Origin: an uncultured Alphaproteobacteria bacterium
GTDB lineage: Bacteria > Pseudomonadota > Alphaproteobacteria > Rhizobiales > Hyphomicrobiaceae
Assembly: GCA_963795225.1 (NCBI GenBank)
Contig: CAWCHB010000019.1
Span: 49,981 to 113,980 of the forward strand
Length of the DNA stretch: 64,000 nucleotides
Reading direction: 5' to 3'
In this document: in pieces, positions 54,080-64,000 of the stretch
Position numbering within the stretch: the first letter of the stretch is position 1
How the letters are laid out: every line of letters starts with the position of its first letter
Notes under the pieces: generated by a model
Databases searched by the model: none
What the model was told of the DNA's origin: nothing
What the model saw: the letters and a program-made list of their open reading frames with translations, nothing else
Translations under genes and position numbers: made by a program

Positions 54080-55231
54080 CTACCTAGGCATCCGCTGGCC
54101 GATGACGATAAGGCGCGCCGCCCGTTCGGCGGCATCTTGCAGATATTGCCGTGACTTCTTGATTGCAACGTCAAGCAGCATAGCGTTCGGCGTTGCAGAT
54201 TCCAGTCCGTCGATGCCGTGGACGAACACGCCGCCTGCGTCATCGGCAAGGCCGCCGCCAATGGCGACGACGGGAACGCCGTGCTTGCGTGCTGCGGCAG
54301 CAACACCCGAAGGCGTCTTGCCGAAGGCGGTTTGGAAGTCGACGCGCCCTTCGCCGGTAATGGCGAGATCGGCGCCTTGCATGATCTCCTCGAGGCGCGT
54401 TGCCGCGACGACGAGCTCGACGCCGCGCTTTAGCGTCGCGTTGGTGAAAGCCATAAGGCCAGCGCCAATGCCGCCGCCTGCTCCTGCACCGGGCCGATCG
54501 ATGACGTCGGCGCCGATGCTGCGTTTGATGATGTGAGCGAAGTGCGCCAGGTTCCTGTCGAGCAGTTCGACCATTTCCGGCGTCGCACCCTTTTGGGGAC
54601 CGTAGACGCGCGAGGCGCCCTTCTCACCACACAACGGATTGGTGACGTCGCAGGCGACGCTGATATGGATCTTGGCGAGTCCCGGGTTGACGGTTGACAT
54701 ATCGACGGCCTGCACGTCGTCGAGATCGCCGCCGGCGATGAGATCGCGAATGGGAGCGCCGCCGAAGTTGAGGAAGCGCACGCCAAGGGCCTGCGCCAGG
54801 CCGGCACCGGCGTCGTTGGTGGCCGAGCCCCCGATGCCAAGGATGATCTCGGTGACGCCGCGCTTTATGGCGTCGCTGATCAGCTCGCCGGTGCCAAACG
54901 TGGTGGCAAGCAGCGGATTGCGCTGATCCTCGGGGACAAGCGGCAGTCCGGAGGCCTCGGCCATCTCGATGACCGCCGTCTTGCCGTCGCCAAGCAGGCC
55001 GTAGGAGGCCATTACCCTCACTCCCATCGGGCCAGACACCTGGGTCTTGACGATCTGCCCGCCGGTCGCGTCGACGAGAGACTGCACCGTGCCCTCGCCG
55101 CCGTCGGCCATGGGCACCTTAATGTAGGTGGCGTCCCGCCAGACCCGCCTCAGCCCCGTCTCGATCTCGTTTGCCACTTCCAGGGAGGTCAAATTTTCTT
55201 TGAAGGAATCAGGGGCGATAACGATTTTCAT
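54080..55231 (-). CDS. glxK: Glycerate kinase (GlxK/GarK family)
   Basis: IAPDSFKE, PMADGGEGT, GGSATNDAG, TGEGRVDFQTAFGKTP. Confidence 0.92.
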   Translation of the reverse strand: MKIVIAPDSFKENLTSLEVANEIETGLRRVWRDATYIKVPMADGGEGTVQSLVDATGGQIVKTQVSGPMGVRVMASYGLLGDGKTAVIEMAEASGLPLVPEDQRNPLLATTFGTGELISDAIKRGVTEIILGIGGSATNDAGAGLAQALGVRFLNFGGAPIRDLIAGGDLDDVQAVDMSTVNPGLAKIHISVACDVTNPLCGEKGASRVYGPQKGATPEMVELLDRNLAHFAHIIKRSIGADVIDRPGAGAGGGIGAGLMAFTNATLKRGVELVVAATRLEEIMQGADLAITGEGRVDFQTAFGKTPSGVAAAARKHGVPVVAIGGGLADDAGGVFVHGIDGLESATPNAMLLDVAIKKSRQYLQDAAERAARLIVIGQRMPR

Positions 55232-55454
55232 GGGGACATCTTCTCACGAAGCTTGCCAGCCAATTGGTACCGGACGCTCCAAGGGCCGCAACACTGAGGG
55301 ATAGATTCACTATATCGCTCTTCCTGCAGCTCGTGCGGTTTCTGGATGTTCATGGGACCGCATGCACAGGGGGCTAAAGTGTGTGGTGCACAGGGTGGCA
55401 AAGCCTTAGCATCCGGTGATAGACGGCCTTGCAGGCCGAAAACATTTAGGTCCA

Positions 55455-57271
55455 ATGCCCAAGCCGAAATCCGAGTTAGCGACCGATCTGCTGCCGTTTC
55501 AGGCGGTCAATGCGGAGGAGCTCGCCCGCAACCTGCTGCGCCTGTTCGAGCAGGGAGGGAACGTCCTCACCGAGTTCATCGAGCGCAACGACGCCAAGAT
55601 TGGCCCCTACTCGGCGGCCAACGAGATCACCGAGGCGACGACCACCCTTTCGGACCTCGCCCGCCAGTGGTTCGCCGACCCGGCCCGCTTCGCCGAGGCG
55701 CAAGGCACGCTGCTGCGGTCCTACGGCGAACTGTGGAACAATACTGTCTATCGCATGCTCGGCCAGGAGGTGACGCCGGTCGCCGAGCCTGAGCCGGGCG
55801 ACAGCCGCTTCAAGGACCCCGAGTGGTCGGCGAACCCCTATTTCGACTTCTGGAAGCAGGCTTATCTCGTCACCGCCAAGTGGGCGGAGGACATGCTGGA
55901 GAACACCGAGGGACTGGAAGGGCGCACGCGCCAGCGCGCCGAGTTCTATCTGCGGCAGGTGGCCAGCGCGCTGTCGCCTTCGAACTTCCCGCTCACCAAC
56001 CCGGAAGTGCTGCGCGAGACGTTGGCGACCAACGCGGAAAATCTCGTGCAGGGCATGTCGCTGCTCGCCGAGGACATGCGCAAGTCGGGTGATCTTCTGA
56101 AGGTCAGCCAGACGGACACAACCGCTTTCGAGATCGGCCGCAATCTCGCGACGACGCCCGGCAAGGTCGTCTATCAGAACGACATCTTCCAGCTCATCCA
56201 GTACGCGCCGACGACCGACAAGGTGCACGAGCTGCCGGTGCTGATCGTGCCGCCGTGGATCAACAAGTACTACATCCTCGACCTGACGCCGGCCAAGAGC
56301 CTCATCAAGTTCATCGTCGACCAGGGCTTCACCGTCTTCATCATCTCGTGGGTGAACCCCGATACGCGCCTCTCGCACAAGTCCTTCGAGGACTACATGC
56401 AGGAGGGCATCCTTGACCGCCGCCGATGCCGTGAAGCGCGAGACCGGCGTCGATCAGGTCAACGTCGTCGGCTACTGCGTCGGCGGCACGTTGCTGGCAA
56501 CGACGCTCGCCTATCTGGCGGCACGCGGCGAGGCGCCGTTCAGCTCCGCTTCGTTCCTTGCCACGCAGGTCGACTTCACCAATGCCGGACGACCTCCTGC
56601 TGTTCACCGACGAAGACCAGCTCGAGGCGCTCGACACGCTGATGTCGGAGCGCGGCTACCTCGACGGCTCGCGCATGGCCAACGTGTTCAACATGCTGCG
56701 CCCGCGCGACCTCATCTGGCCCTACATCGTCAACAACTACCTGCTCGGCAAGAAGCCGTTCCCGTTCGACCTGCTGTATTGGAACCAGGATTCGACGCGC
56801 ATGGCGGCCGCCAATCACGCCTTCTATCTGCGCGAGTTCTACAATCACAATCGCCTGTCCACCGGCACCCTGAGCATCGCCGGCACGCGCCTCGACATGC
56901 ACAAGGTCAAGCTGCCGGTCTACGAGCTGGCGACGAAAGAGGATCACATCGCGCCGGCGCGCTCGGTCTTTGCCGGCGCGCAATTGTTCGGCGACGACGT
57001 CGAGTTCGTCCTCTCCGGTTCCGGCCACATCGCCGGCGTCGTCAATCCGCCCGACAAGATGAAGTACCAGTACTGGACCAGCGGCAAGCGCAAGGCCAAG
57101 TCGCTGGAGCAGTGGCTGGCGGCGGCAAAGGAGCACCCGGGCTCGTGGTGGCCGCACTGGACGGAATGGTTGGCCGAGCATTCCGGCGAATGGACCGTGC
57201 CGCGCGAGCCGGGCGAGACGATGGGCGTCATCGAGGACGCGCCCGGATCTTACGTCAAGATGACGTTGTAA
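55455..57271 (+). CDS. phaC: Class I PHA synthase; frameshifts near 56413 and 56585
   Basis: [18 protein letters not shown], lipase box GYCVGG, DHIAP, SGHIAG, GSWW. Confidence 0.92.
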
Positions 57272-57432
57272 CCATCCTGTCCGACCCTGGGTGCATCAAC
57301 CCCTTGAGAGGATTGAGGCCGTAAGTCGACAGCTTGACTTCCAGGCGCCCCGATCCCCACACGATTGCGCCCGCAAACTCACTTCCATGCTACATAGCGT
57401 TCATGTGTTCCCGCGTTCAAAGGCAGGCACAG

Positions 57433-58724
57433 ATGTTCCCGATTGCCGAGCCCGTCTCCACGAGCGGCTTTTTCACCGCCACCCTGGCCGAAAGCGACCC
57501 CGACATCGCCAGCGCAATCGGCAAGGAGCTGAACCGCCAGCAGCGCGAGGTCGAGCTGATCGCGTCCGAGAACATCGTCTCCCACGCCGTGCTCGAAGCG
57601 CAGGCAGCGTGCTGACCAACAAGTACGCCGAAGGCTATCCCGGTCGCCGCTACTATGGCGGCTGCGAGTTCGTCGACAACGTCGAGCAGCTCGCCATCGA
57701 TCGCGCCAAGAAGCTGTTCGACTGCAGGTTTGCCAACGTGCAGCCGAACTCGGGCTCGCACGCGAACCAGGGCGTATTCAACGCGCTCTCTCAGCCGGGC
57801 GACACCATCCTCGGCATCGACCTCGCGGCGGCGGTCACTTGACGCACGGCTCGCCCGTCAACCAGTCGGGCAAATGGTTCAAGCCTGTCGCCTACGGCGT
57901 GCGCGAGACGCACCGCGTCGACATGGACGAAGTCTAGAAGCTGGCCCTCGAGCACGGCCGCGCATCATCATCGCCGGCGCCTCAGCCTATCCGCGCCACA
58001 TCGACTTCAGCCGAGTTTCGCGACATCGCGGACGAGATCGGCGCCATCTGATGGTGGACATGGCGCATTACGCCGGTCTCATCGCGGGCGGCCAGTCTAT
58101 CCATCCCGTTCCCGCACGCACACGTCGTCACCACCACGACGCACAAGACGCTGCGCGGTCCGCGTGGCGGCATGATCCTCACCAACGACGAGGACATCGG
58201 CAAGAAGATCAACTCGGCGGTTTTCCCCGGCCTCCAGGGCGGCCCGCTGATGCACGTCATCGCCGCCAAGGCCGTGGCCTTCGGCGAGGCGCTGCAGCCG
58301 GACTTCAAGGTCTACGCCAAGCGCATGCATCGAGAACGCGCGCGCCTCGGCGGATCGGCTGATCGAACACGGGCTCGCCTCGTGTCCGGCGGCACCGACA
58401 GCCACTTCATGCTGCGTCGACCTGCGCCCAAGGGGCTCACCGGCAAGCATCGCCGAGAAGGCGATGGAGCGCGCGCACATCACCTGCAACAAGAACGGTG
58501 TGCCGTTCGACCCGGAAAAGCCGATGGTCACCTCCGGCGTGCGCCTCGGCGCCCCGGCCGGCACCACGCGCGGCTTTGGCGTCGCCGAGTTCCAGGAGAT
58601 CGGCCGCATGATCGCCGAGGTTCTGGAGGGGCTTGCCAAGAACGGCGCCGAGGGCAACGGCGCGGTGGAAGAGAAGGTCAAGGCGCAGGCCATCGACTTG
58701 TGCAAGCGTTTCCCGATCTATTAA
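57433..58724 (+). CDS. glyA: Serine hydroxymethyltransferase, multiple frameshifts
   Basis: [58 protein letters not shown] recovered across frames. Confidence 0.9.
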
Positions 58725-58755
58725 CGCTTACAGTTGCACGAAGCTGCCACGCCAA

Positions 58756-59481
58756 TTATAGCTTGGGCGTTGCTGCGATCCCGCGCTGCATCATCGCTGC
58801 TTCGACGGTGTTCTTCAGCAGGCAGGCGATGGTCATCGGACCGACGCCGCCCGGCACCGGCGTGATGGCGCCCGCCACCTTCACCGCCTCGGCAAAGTCG
58901 ACGTCGCCGACGATCTTGCCCTTGCCGTCGGGCTTGAGGATGCGGTTGATGCCGACGTCGATGACGATGGCGCCCGGCTTGATCCAGTCGCCCTTGACGA
59001 ACTCCGGCTTGCCGATGGCGGCGACGACGAGATCGGCGGCGCGCACGACGTCCGGCAGGTCCTTGGTGCGCGAATGCGCGATGGTCACCGTGCAGTTCTC
59101 GCGCAGCAGCAATTGCGCCATCGGCTTGCCGACGATGTTGGAGCGGCCGACGACCACGGCGTTGAGGCCCGAGAGGTCGTGCTTCACCGACTTGGCGAGG
59201 ATGATCGAGCCGACGGGCGTGCACGGCACCAGCGCGCGCTCGCCGATCGACAGGCGGCCGACGTTCATCGGGTGGAAGCCGTCGACGTCCTTCAGCGGGT
59301 CGATCAGCTCCAGCACCTTGTTGGAATCCATGTGCTTGGGCAGCGGCATCTGCACCAGGATGCCGTTGACATTGGGGTCGGCGTTGAGCTTGGCGACGAG
59401 GTCGAGAACCACCTGCTCGGGCGTGTCCTCGGCCAGCTTGTGCTCGAAGGACTGCATGCCGACCTCGACGGTCTGCGCCGC
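58756..59481 (-). pseudogene. folD: FolD, N-terminus missing
   Basis: [44 protein letters not shown]; similarity stops abruptly near 59481. Confidence 0.85.
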
Positions 59482-59543
59482 CTGGCGGCGCCCGGCCGAG
59501 GCTGGTATCGGCGGCGGCCGTGGCTGCTTTGATCGGCACCCCA

Positions 59544-59894
59544 TCAAATCGCAATCCCCAGCCTGGGAAGCAGCCAGTATACGGCGGCGTACAGCGCCAT
59601 TGTGATGAGGCACGAAAATCCCAGGGCCAGCCAAAAGGCGAATCCATGACGGAGCATCGCCGGCAGCATGAGGAACAGCGGCAGACTCGGCAGCACGAAC
59701 CAGAATGTCGCCTGCGACAGAACGGCGATCCGCTCGACGTCAGCAGTGTCTCGCCAGAGCCAGATCATTGCGAGGATGGAGACCAGTGGCAGCGAAGCGA
59801 GCAAGCCTCCGAGTTCCGGACTGCGCCGGGCAATCTCGGACACCAGCATGACGATCAAGCCGGACAGCCCGGCCTTCAAGATCAAATAGGTCAC
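59544..59894 (-). CDS. DUF3147 family membrane protein
   Basis: [46 protein letters not shown]. Confidence 0.85.
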   Translation of the reverse strand: MTYLILKAGLSGLIVMLVSEIARRSPELGGLLASLPLVSILAMIWLWRDTADVERIAVLSQATFWFVLPSLPLFLMLPAMLRHGFAFWLALGFSCLITMALYAAVYWLLPRLGIAI

Positions 59895-60089
59895 GTAGGT
59901 ACTCCGCACGCTAGGTGGGGAATAGGCGGCGCCCGGCCGAGCTGTGTCAACCCCCGCCTTAACTACCGTGACCGAGAAGCGTCAAGCGCTTCTGGACCGA
60001 CTGTTACGCAGGGAACAGCGCGCGAAATACGCATTGAGCATCATCTCTCAGACGCTCTGTTCAGGTTATGTGGGTCACAGGAGGGAAGC

Positions 60090-60971
60090 ATGCGGACGGC
60101 ACCGCTCAGCATCGGCTGCAGCATTCACGGCATCTGTGCCGCGACAGCCTCGACACCTGAAATCCAGACGCTCAAGGAGCTTCTCTACGGGAACCGCCTC
60201 ATTGTTCTCAAGGACCAGTCCCTGGACGAACAGCAGTATTGCGAATTCGCGCGCCGCTTCGGCTCTCCTGTTCCCTATCTCCAGGACAACTATCATCATC
60301 CCGACTTTCCGCTGATCTTCGTCTCTTCCAACGTGAAGAAGGACGGCAAGCAGATCGGCGTCGCTCGCACCGGCGGCTACTGGCACTCGGACACATCCTT
60401 CGAGCCCGATCCCAAATTCATCACGATGCTAATGCCGAAGGTTTTGCCGAGAACAGTCGAACGCAGCACGCGCTTTATAGACATGGCCGCGGTCTACGCG
60501 GCTCTTCCCCAGGCGACAAAGGATCGCCTGGCGGGCACGCAGTTCCTGCATAGCGGCCGCATGCGGTTCAAGATCCGCCCCGACTGCATCGGGCTCGACA
60601 TTTTCGAGATTCTGGCCCTCATCGATCAGGCGACCCCGCCCGTCACGCATCCTGGCGTGATCGAGCACCCCTACACGCGAGAGAAGGTCATTTACGGCAA
60701 CCGCGGCTTCACCATGGCCATCGCCAATCGGTCGCTCGACGAATCCGCCTCGCTGCTGAGCGAGGTCTTCGACTTCGCCGAAAGCGATCGCTTCGTTCGC
60801 GAGGTGCAGTGGTCGATGGGCGACATCATCATCTGGGACAACCGCTTCCTTCAGCATTCCTCTGGGCGCAACGCCGGGCCGGAGGAAGAGACCATGATGT
60901 ACCGCATCACCCTGCAGGACGGCATGCCCCTCTGCGCAAGCCAAATGCCGCCGCAAACCGCTGTTGCATGA
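60090..60971 (+). CDS. Fe(II)/2-oxoglutarate dioxygenase (TauD fold), ScoE/Rv0097-like putative isonitrile synthase
   Basis: YHHP..IFVSSN, GVARTGGYWHSD (HxD), FKIRP, IWDNRFLQH, YRITL; adjacent to FcoT-like gene. Confidence 0.85.
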   Translation: MRTAPLSIGCSIHGICAATASTPEIQTLKELLYGNRLIVLKDQSLDEQQYCEFARRFGSPVPYLQDNYHHPDFPLIFVSSNVKKDGKQIGVARTGGYWHSDTSFEPDPKFITMLMPKVLPRTVERSTRFIDMAAVYAALPQATKDRLAGTQFLHSGRMRFKIRPDCIGLDIFEILALIDQATPPVTHPGVIEHPYTREKVIYGNRGFTMAIANRSLDESASLLSEVFDFAESDRFVREVQWSMGDIIIWDNRFLQHSSGRNAGPEEETMMYRITLQDGMPLCASQMPPQTAVA

Positions 60972-61013
60972 GACCAAATCCAGAAATGTAAACTCAACTA
61001 GCCAGGTGCTGCC

Positions 61014-61703
61014 ATGTGCACGACCGCTCTCGCAGTCCAAGCCCAAGAGGATTTTCAATCGACCAACTTTTGTGCCTCCAAGTTCTGCAGCAACAGCTGC
61101 GCACGCCACGATGTCGCAAAAAGGAAGAAGGTTGCTGTGGGTGGCAGTCATGCGCTGAGCTTGCCGCTCGACATTTCGAATGAGTTCATCGCCGACGTCT
61201 TGAAGCCCTACCGGACGCATGCCCAATACCTGAAGGCGGCGGAGCTCACCCACTTCAGCGACAAGTCCTCGCCGACACCTGTTGGAAGCGACGCCGGCCT
61301 CATTAAAGGCAAAGGCCGCTTCTCCATCCCCTGCAGCTGCTATATCGACGACACCGGGCATTTCAACGCGGTTGAGTTCAACATCTGCTTCAATCAGCTC
61401 GCCTACGTACTGTTCGGCAAATGTCTTGAAGCCGACATTCTCAAAAATCTGCGTCTCGAGCGTGCCAACGTTTCCTTTGCAGACTTCAAACGTCACCAGC
61501 TCGCCGCGATGCTCATCGTCAGCATCGAAAGCCGCTACTACAAGATGCTGAAGAGCGACGACTTCACCGGTGAACTCACCATCAACCGCATCTCGGCCTC
61601 GGCTGGTGCCTACTTCTGCTTCACCTCGATAACCTTCGCTGACGCCGAGGGTGTCAAGGCAAAGGGCAAGGTTCTCCTCGCTTTCGCCCCACCCAAGGAG
61701 TGA
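61014..61703 (+). CDS. FcoT/ScoD-like thioesterase (start uncertain)
   Basis: VLKPYR..YLK, FSIPCSCYIDDTGHFNAVEFNICFNQLAY. Confidence 0.85.
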   Translation: MCTTALAVQAQEDFQSTNFCASKFCSNSCARHDVAKRKKVAVGGSHALSLPLDISNEFIADVLKPYRTHAQYLKAAELTHFSDKSSPTPVGSDAGLIKGKGRFSIPCSCYIDDTGHFNAVEFNICFNQLAYVLFGKCLEADILKNLRLERANVSFADFKRHQLAAMLIVSIESRYYKMLKSDDFTGELTINRISASAGAYFCFTSITFADAEGVKAKGKVLLAFAPPKE

Positions 61704-61707
61704 CCGT

Positions 61708-62629
61708 GTGAGCTACACCGCCGCCATCCGATCAGCCCAAACCGTCGCCGCCTTGCGGGCCGCAGCCAACAACGAGACCGCACTTGCGGTCGCTTGCCAG
61801 GACACGCTTGCCAAATATTTCATTGGAGCGCGTGAGCGGATTTTGACGGCGGCGCTGCCCCAGTCGTGGATTCGCTGGGTGCTCGAGCGCATCGCGCCAG
61901 GCAGCTACGGCTTCGTCATCGCGCGCACCCGCTGCTTCGATGAGGCGCTGCTAGCCGAGGTAGCCCACGGAGTCGAGCAGGTGATCATTCTCGGCGCCGG
62001 TTATGACTCGCGCGCGCTGCGTTTCCGGCGGGAACTCAAGGATGCGCGCGTCTTCGAGGTCGATCACCCCGCGACGCAAGCGCGCAAGCTCGGCATCCTC
62101 TTGCGAGCGGCCACGGACGTTCCAACGAACGTCCATTACATACCCGTGGATTTCAATCGAAGCTCGCTCGAGTCGGAGCTTGCCAAGCACGGCTTCTCGC
62201 GTAGTGGGCGCACTTTGTTCCTATGGGAAGGCGTCTCCTACTATTTGCCGCGCCCGGTCGTCGCGCAGATTTCTGCGTTTCGTGAGTAGCTGCGCGCCGG
62301 GCAGCTCGATCATCTTTGATTACGCTTTGCAGCAATTCGTCGGCGGTAACACCAGCACCTACGGTGGCGAGCACGTCGCACGATGGCTGCGCAAGATCGG
62401 GGAGCCATTTCTGTTCGGCCTTCATCCGCACGAAACGCCGGAATTCCTTGCTTGGTGCGGACTTCAACCTATCTACGATATCGGGCCTGAAGACGCCGAA
62501 AGCCGCTACCTCACCCGCAAGGACGGCAGCGTGCTCGGCCGCACGCTGGGCCACGTGCGCATCGTTCATGCTCGCAAGGCCGCCGGGAGGCCTGCCGACC
62601 CGACGACGTCGAGGTGCCACCCGTCATGA
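61708..62629 (+). CDS. SAM-dependent methyltransferase, LCM (leucine carboxyl methyltransferase) family; frameshift near 62270
   Basis: ARTRCFD, QVIILGAGYDSRA, FEVDHPATQ, LWEGVSYYL, then IIFDY..GEPFLFG. Confidence 0.87.
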
Positions 62630-63657
62630 CCTCAGCAACAGTACACATCGGCGGTGGCGCACTCCCGGCTCCGGCAGCTCGGCACAAGTTCGGCAAGGAT
62701 ACGGACTGGGCTGGCTTATGGTTCGAAATTATGGAGAAAGAGGCGGGCGAGTTCGTCGGCATGCGAGCAGGGCGGCGCGCTCCCGGCGCCAAGGAGCCGA
62801 CCTGGGTCTTCCATTCGCATGCGGCCCAAGACGGCCTCGGGTGGTTCGCAACACTGCTGCGCAAGGAAACGCCGACATCGAATTTCAGCATCCCACGCCT
62901 CAAGGAAACTGCAAGGCCCTCTGTGCTTGTCCAGGTGCGCGCCTTGCTGCAGCTGTTGGCGCGAAAGCCCCAGGCGGCCGCCATGTGGAATACCTGGGAC
63001 GCGAACTGGCAGGCTCCGGTTGGCGGCGCCAAAGCAGGGAAGGCCATCGCCATCCACGCCTTCGACGCAGAGGCCACACGCCGGCTGAGCGCGGTTGCGG
63101 GGGCGCACCATGCGTCTCTCAACAGCCTCCTGCTCGCAGCCCTGGGCCGCGTGAGCGAGTCTCAGCTCCAGGGCGGGCCTGCATTCTGGATGGTGCCTGT
63201 CAACATGCGTGGCCCCGTGAGCTTGGCCAGCGAATCCGCCAATCACACCTCCTACTTGCAGATCAAGACCGGTGCCGGCGTTACCCCCCGACGGCTGCAT
63301 GAGCAGGTGAAAGGCAAACTCTCTTCCCTCGAGCATTGGGGCAGCTGGCTGTTCGCCAACAGCGGCTGCGTCGTGCGCTACGCGGGCATGAAGTGGCTCT
63401 ATCGCCGCGAGCTCGCCCGTACCAAGGGGCGTCCCTGGGTCGGAGCCTTCTCGAACCTTGGAACGTGGGACAATTGCGATCAGTGGTTCGTCTGTCCGCC
63501 GGTGGCAAAGGCGTGCCCGCTGGGCGTCGGGGCGATCGTTTGCGATGGGGCGCTGTCGCTCACCATCGACGCGCATCCCTCAATTGCACGGAACGCAGCT
63601 TGGACACGCACGCTGATGGACCGCTGGGTCAGCGAGCTCGCGCGTCTTGCAGCCTGA
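62626..63657 (+). CDS. Stand-alone condensation/CoA-dependent acyltransferase-like protein
   Basis: SHAAQDG (HxxxDG), SLNSLLLAAL, MVPVNMRG, FSNLG; ATGA overlap with methyltransferase. Confidence 0.65.
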   Translation: MTSATVHIGGGALPAPAARHKFGKDTDWAGLWFEIMEKEAGEFVGMRAGRRAPGAKEPTWVFHSHAAQDGLGWFATLLRKETPTSNFSIPRLKETARPSVLVQVRALLQLLARKPQAAAMWNTWDANWQAPVGGAKAGKAIAIHAFDAEATRRLSAVAGAHHASLNSLLLAALGRVSESQLQGGPAFWMVPVNMRGPVSLASESANHTSYLQIKTGAGVTPRRLHEQVKGKLSSLEHWGSWLFANSGCVVRYAGMKWLYRRELARTKGRPWVGAFSNLGTWDNCDQWFVCPPVAKACPLGVGAIVCDGALSLTIDAHPSIARNAAWTRTLMDRWVSELARLAA

Positions 63658-63738
63658 CGCGAAGTCTCTCCGCGTTCGCCTTTACAAGGACCCCCGCGAC
63701 CGGCACGATTGCGCCAATCAGGCAGAGCCAGGGTAGCT

Positions 63739-64000
63739 ATGGCAAGCACGTGGGCCGGCAAGCCGGATAGCGTAACGGACCCGCTCTATCCGCCGACGAT
63801 CAAACCGCCGCGGACGCCGCTGGGCTACCTAAAGTTCGTGGCCGCTTTCATCCGTAACCCGCTGTTGGTGCTGCCGGAGGCGGTCTACACGGAACCGGTC
63901 TATCGCTACGGTAATATGCTGACGTGGGTCACAGACCCCCAGCTCATTAGGAAGATCCTTCTCGAGGACTACGAGAATTTTCCTAAGACTCCTGTGGAGC
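63739..64000 (+). CDS. Probable cytochrome P450, N-terminal fragment running off window
   Basis: LYPP..PP..PLG..FV..RNPL..LPEAVY..WVTDPQLIRKILLEDYENFPK resembles alphaproteobacterial P450 N-termini; heme Cys motif not in window. Confidence 0.6.
   Translation, partial: MASTWAGKPDSVTDPLYPPTIKPPRTPLGYLKFVAAFIRNPLLVLPEAVYTEPVYRYGNMLTWVTDPQLIRKILLEDYENFPKTPVE

Noticed and set aside
57272-57432. ZMP/ZTP or glycine riboswitch before glyA
   Set aside because: Conserved core motifs not recognisable by eye
59520-60089. 190-aa N-terminal extension on the dioxygenase ORF
   Set aside because: Antisense to the DUF3147 gene; RBS and ATG at 60090 give a normal-size enzyme

Overview
GC-rich alphaproteobacterial DNA; gene content and order suggest Hyphomicrobiales/Hyphomicrobium-like. 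About 1-37.6 kb is mostly core chromosome: AsmA/DUF3971-like gene, bcp, bactofilin, an SbcCD/YhaON-like nuclease-ATPase pair with a LexA box, lhgO-like and htpX-like genes, a CyaC-type adenylate cyclase, marC, usg, a MoxR-DUF58-DUF4159 operon, a TPP riboswitch leading a phosphodiester-glycosidase-family gene plus thiC, and an old yellow enzyme. About 37.9-53.9 kb is an accessory mosaic: IS3, IS5 and IS110 pieces, a general-stress island with EcfG-type promoters, higBA and orphan genes. About 54-59.5 kb holds glycerate kinase, phaC, glyA and a truncated folD. The most notable element runs from 60090 off the window end: an operon of an ScoE/Rv0097-like Fe(II)/2OG isonitrile synthase, an FcoT/ScoD-like thioesterase, an LCM-type methyltransferase, a stand-alone HxxxDG acyltransferase and a probable P450, i.e. 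a candidate isonitrile biosynthetic cluster in an unusual host with no FAAL/ACP/NRPS visible in the window. Many genes after about 34 kb carry frameshifts that look like long-read indel errors, so pseudogene status is uncertain. All family calls are by eye from motifs; no database searches were run.
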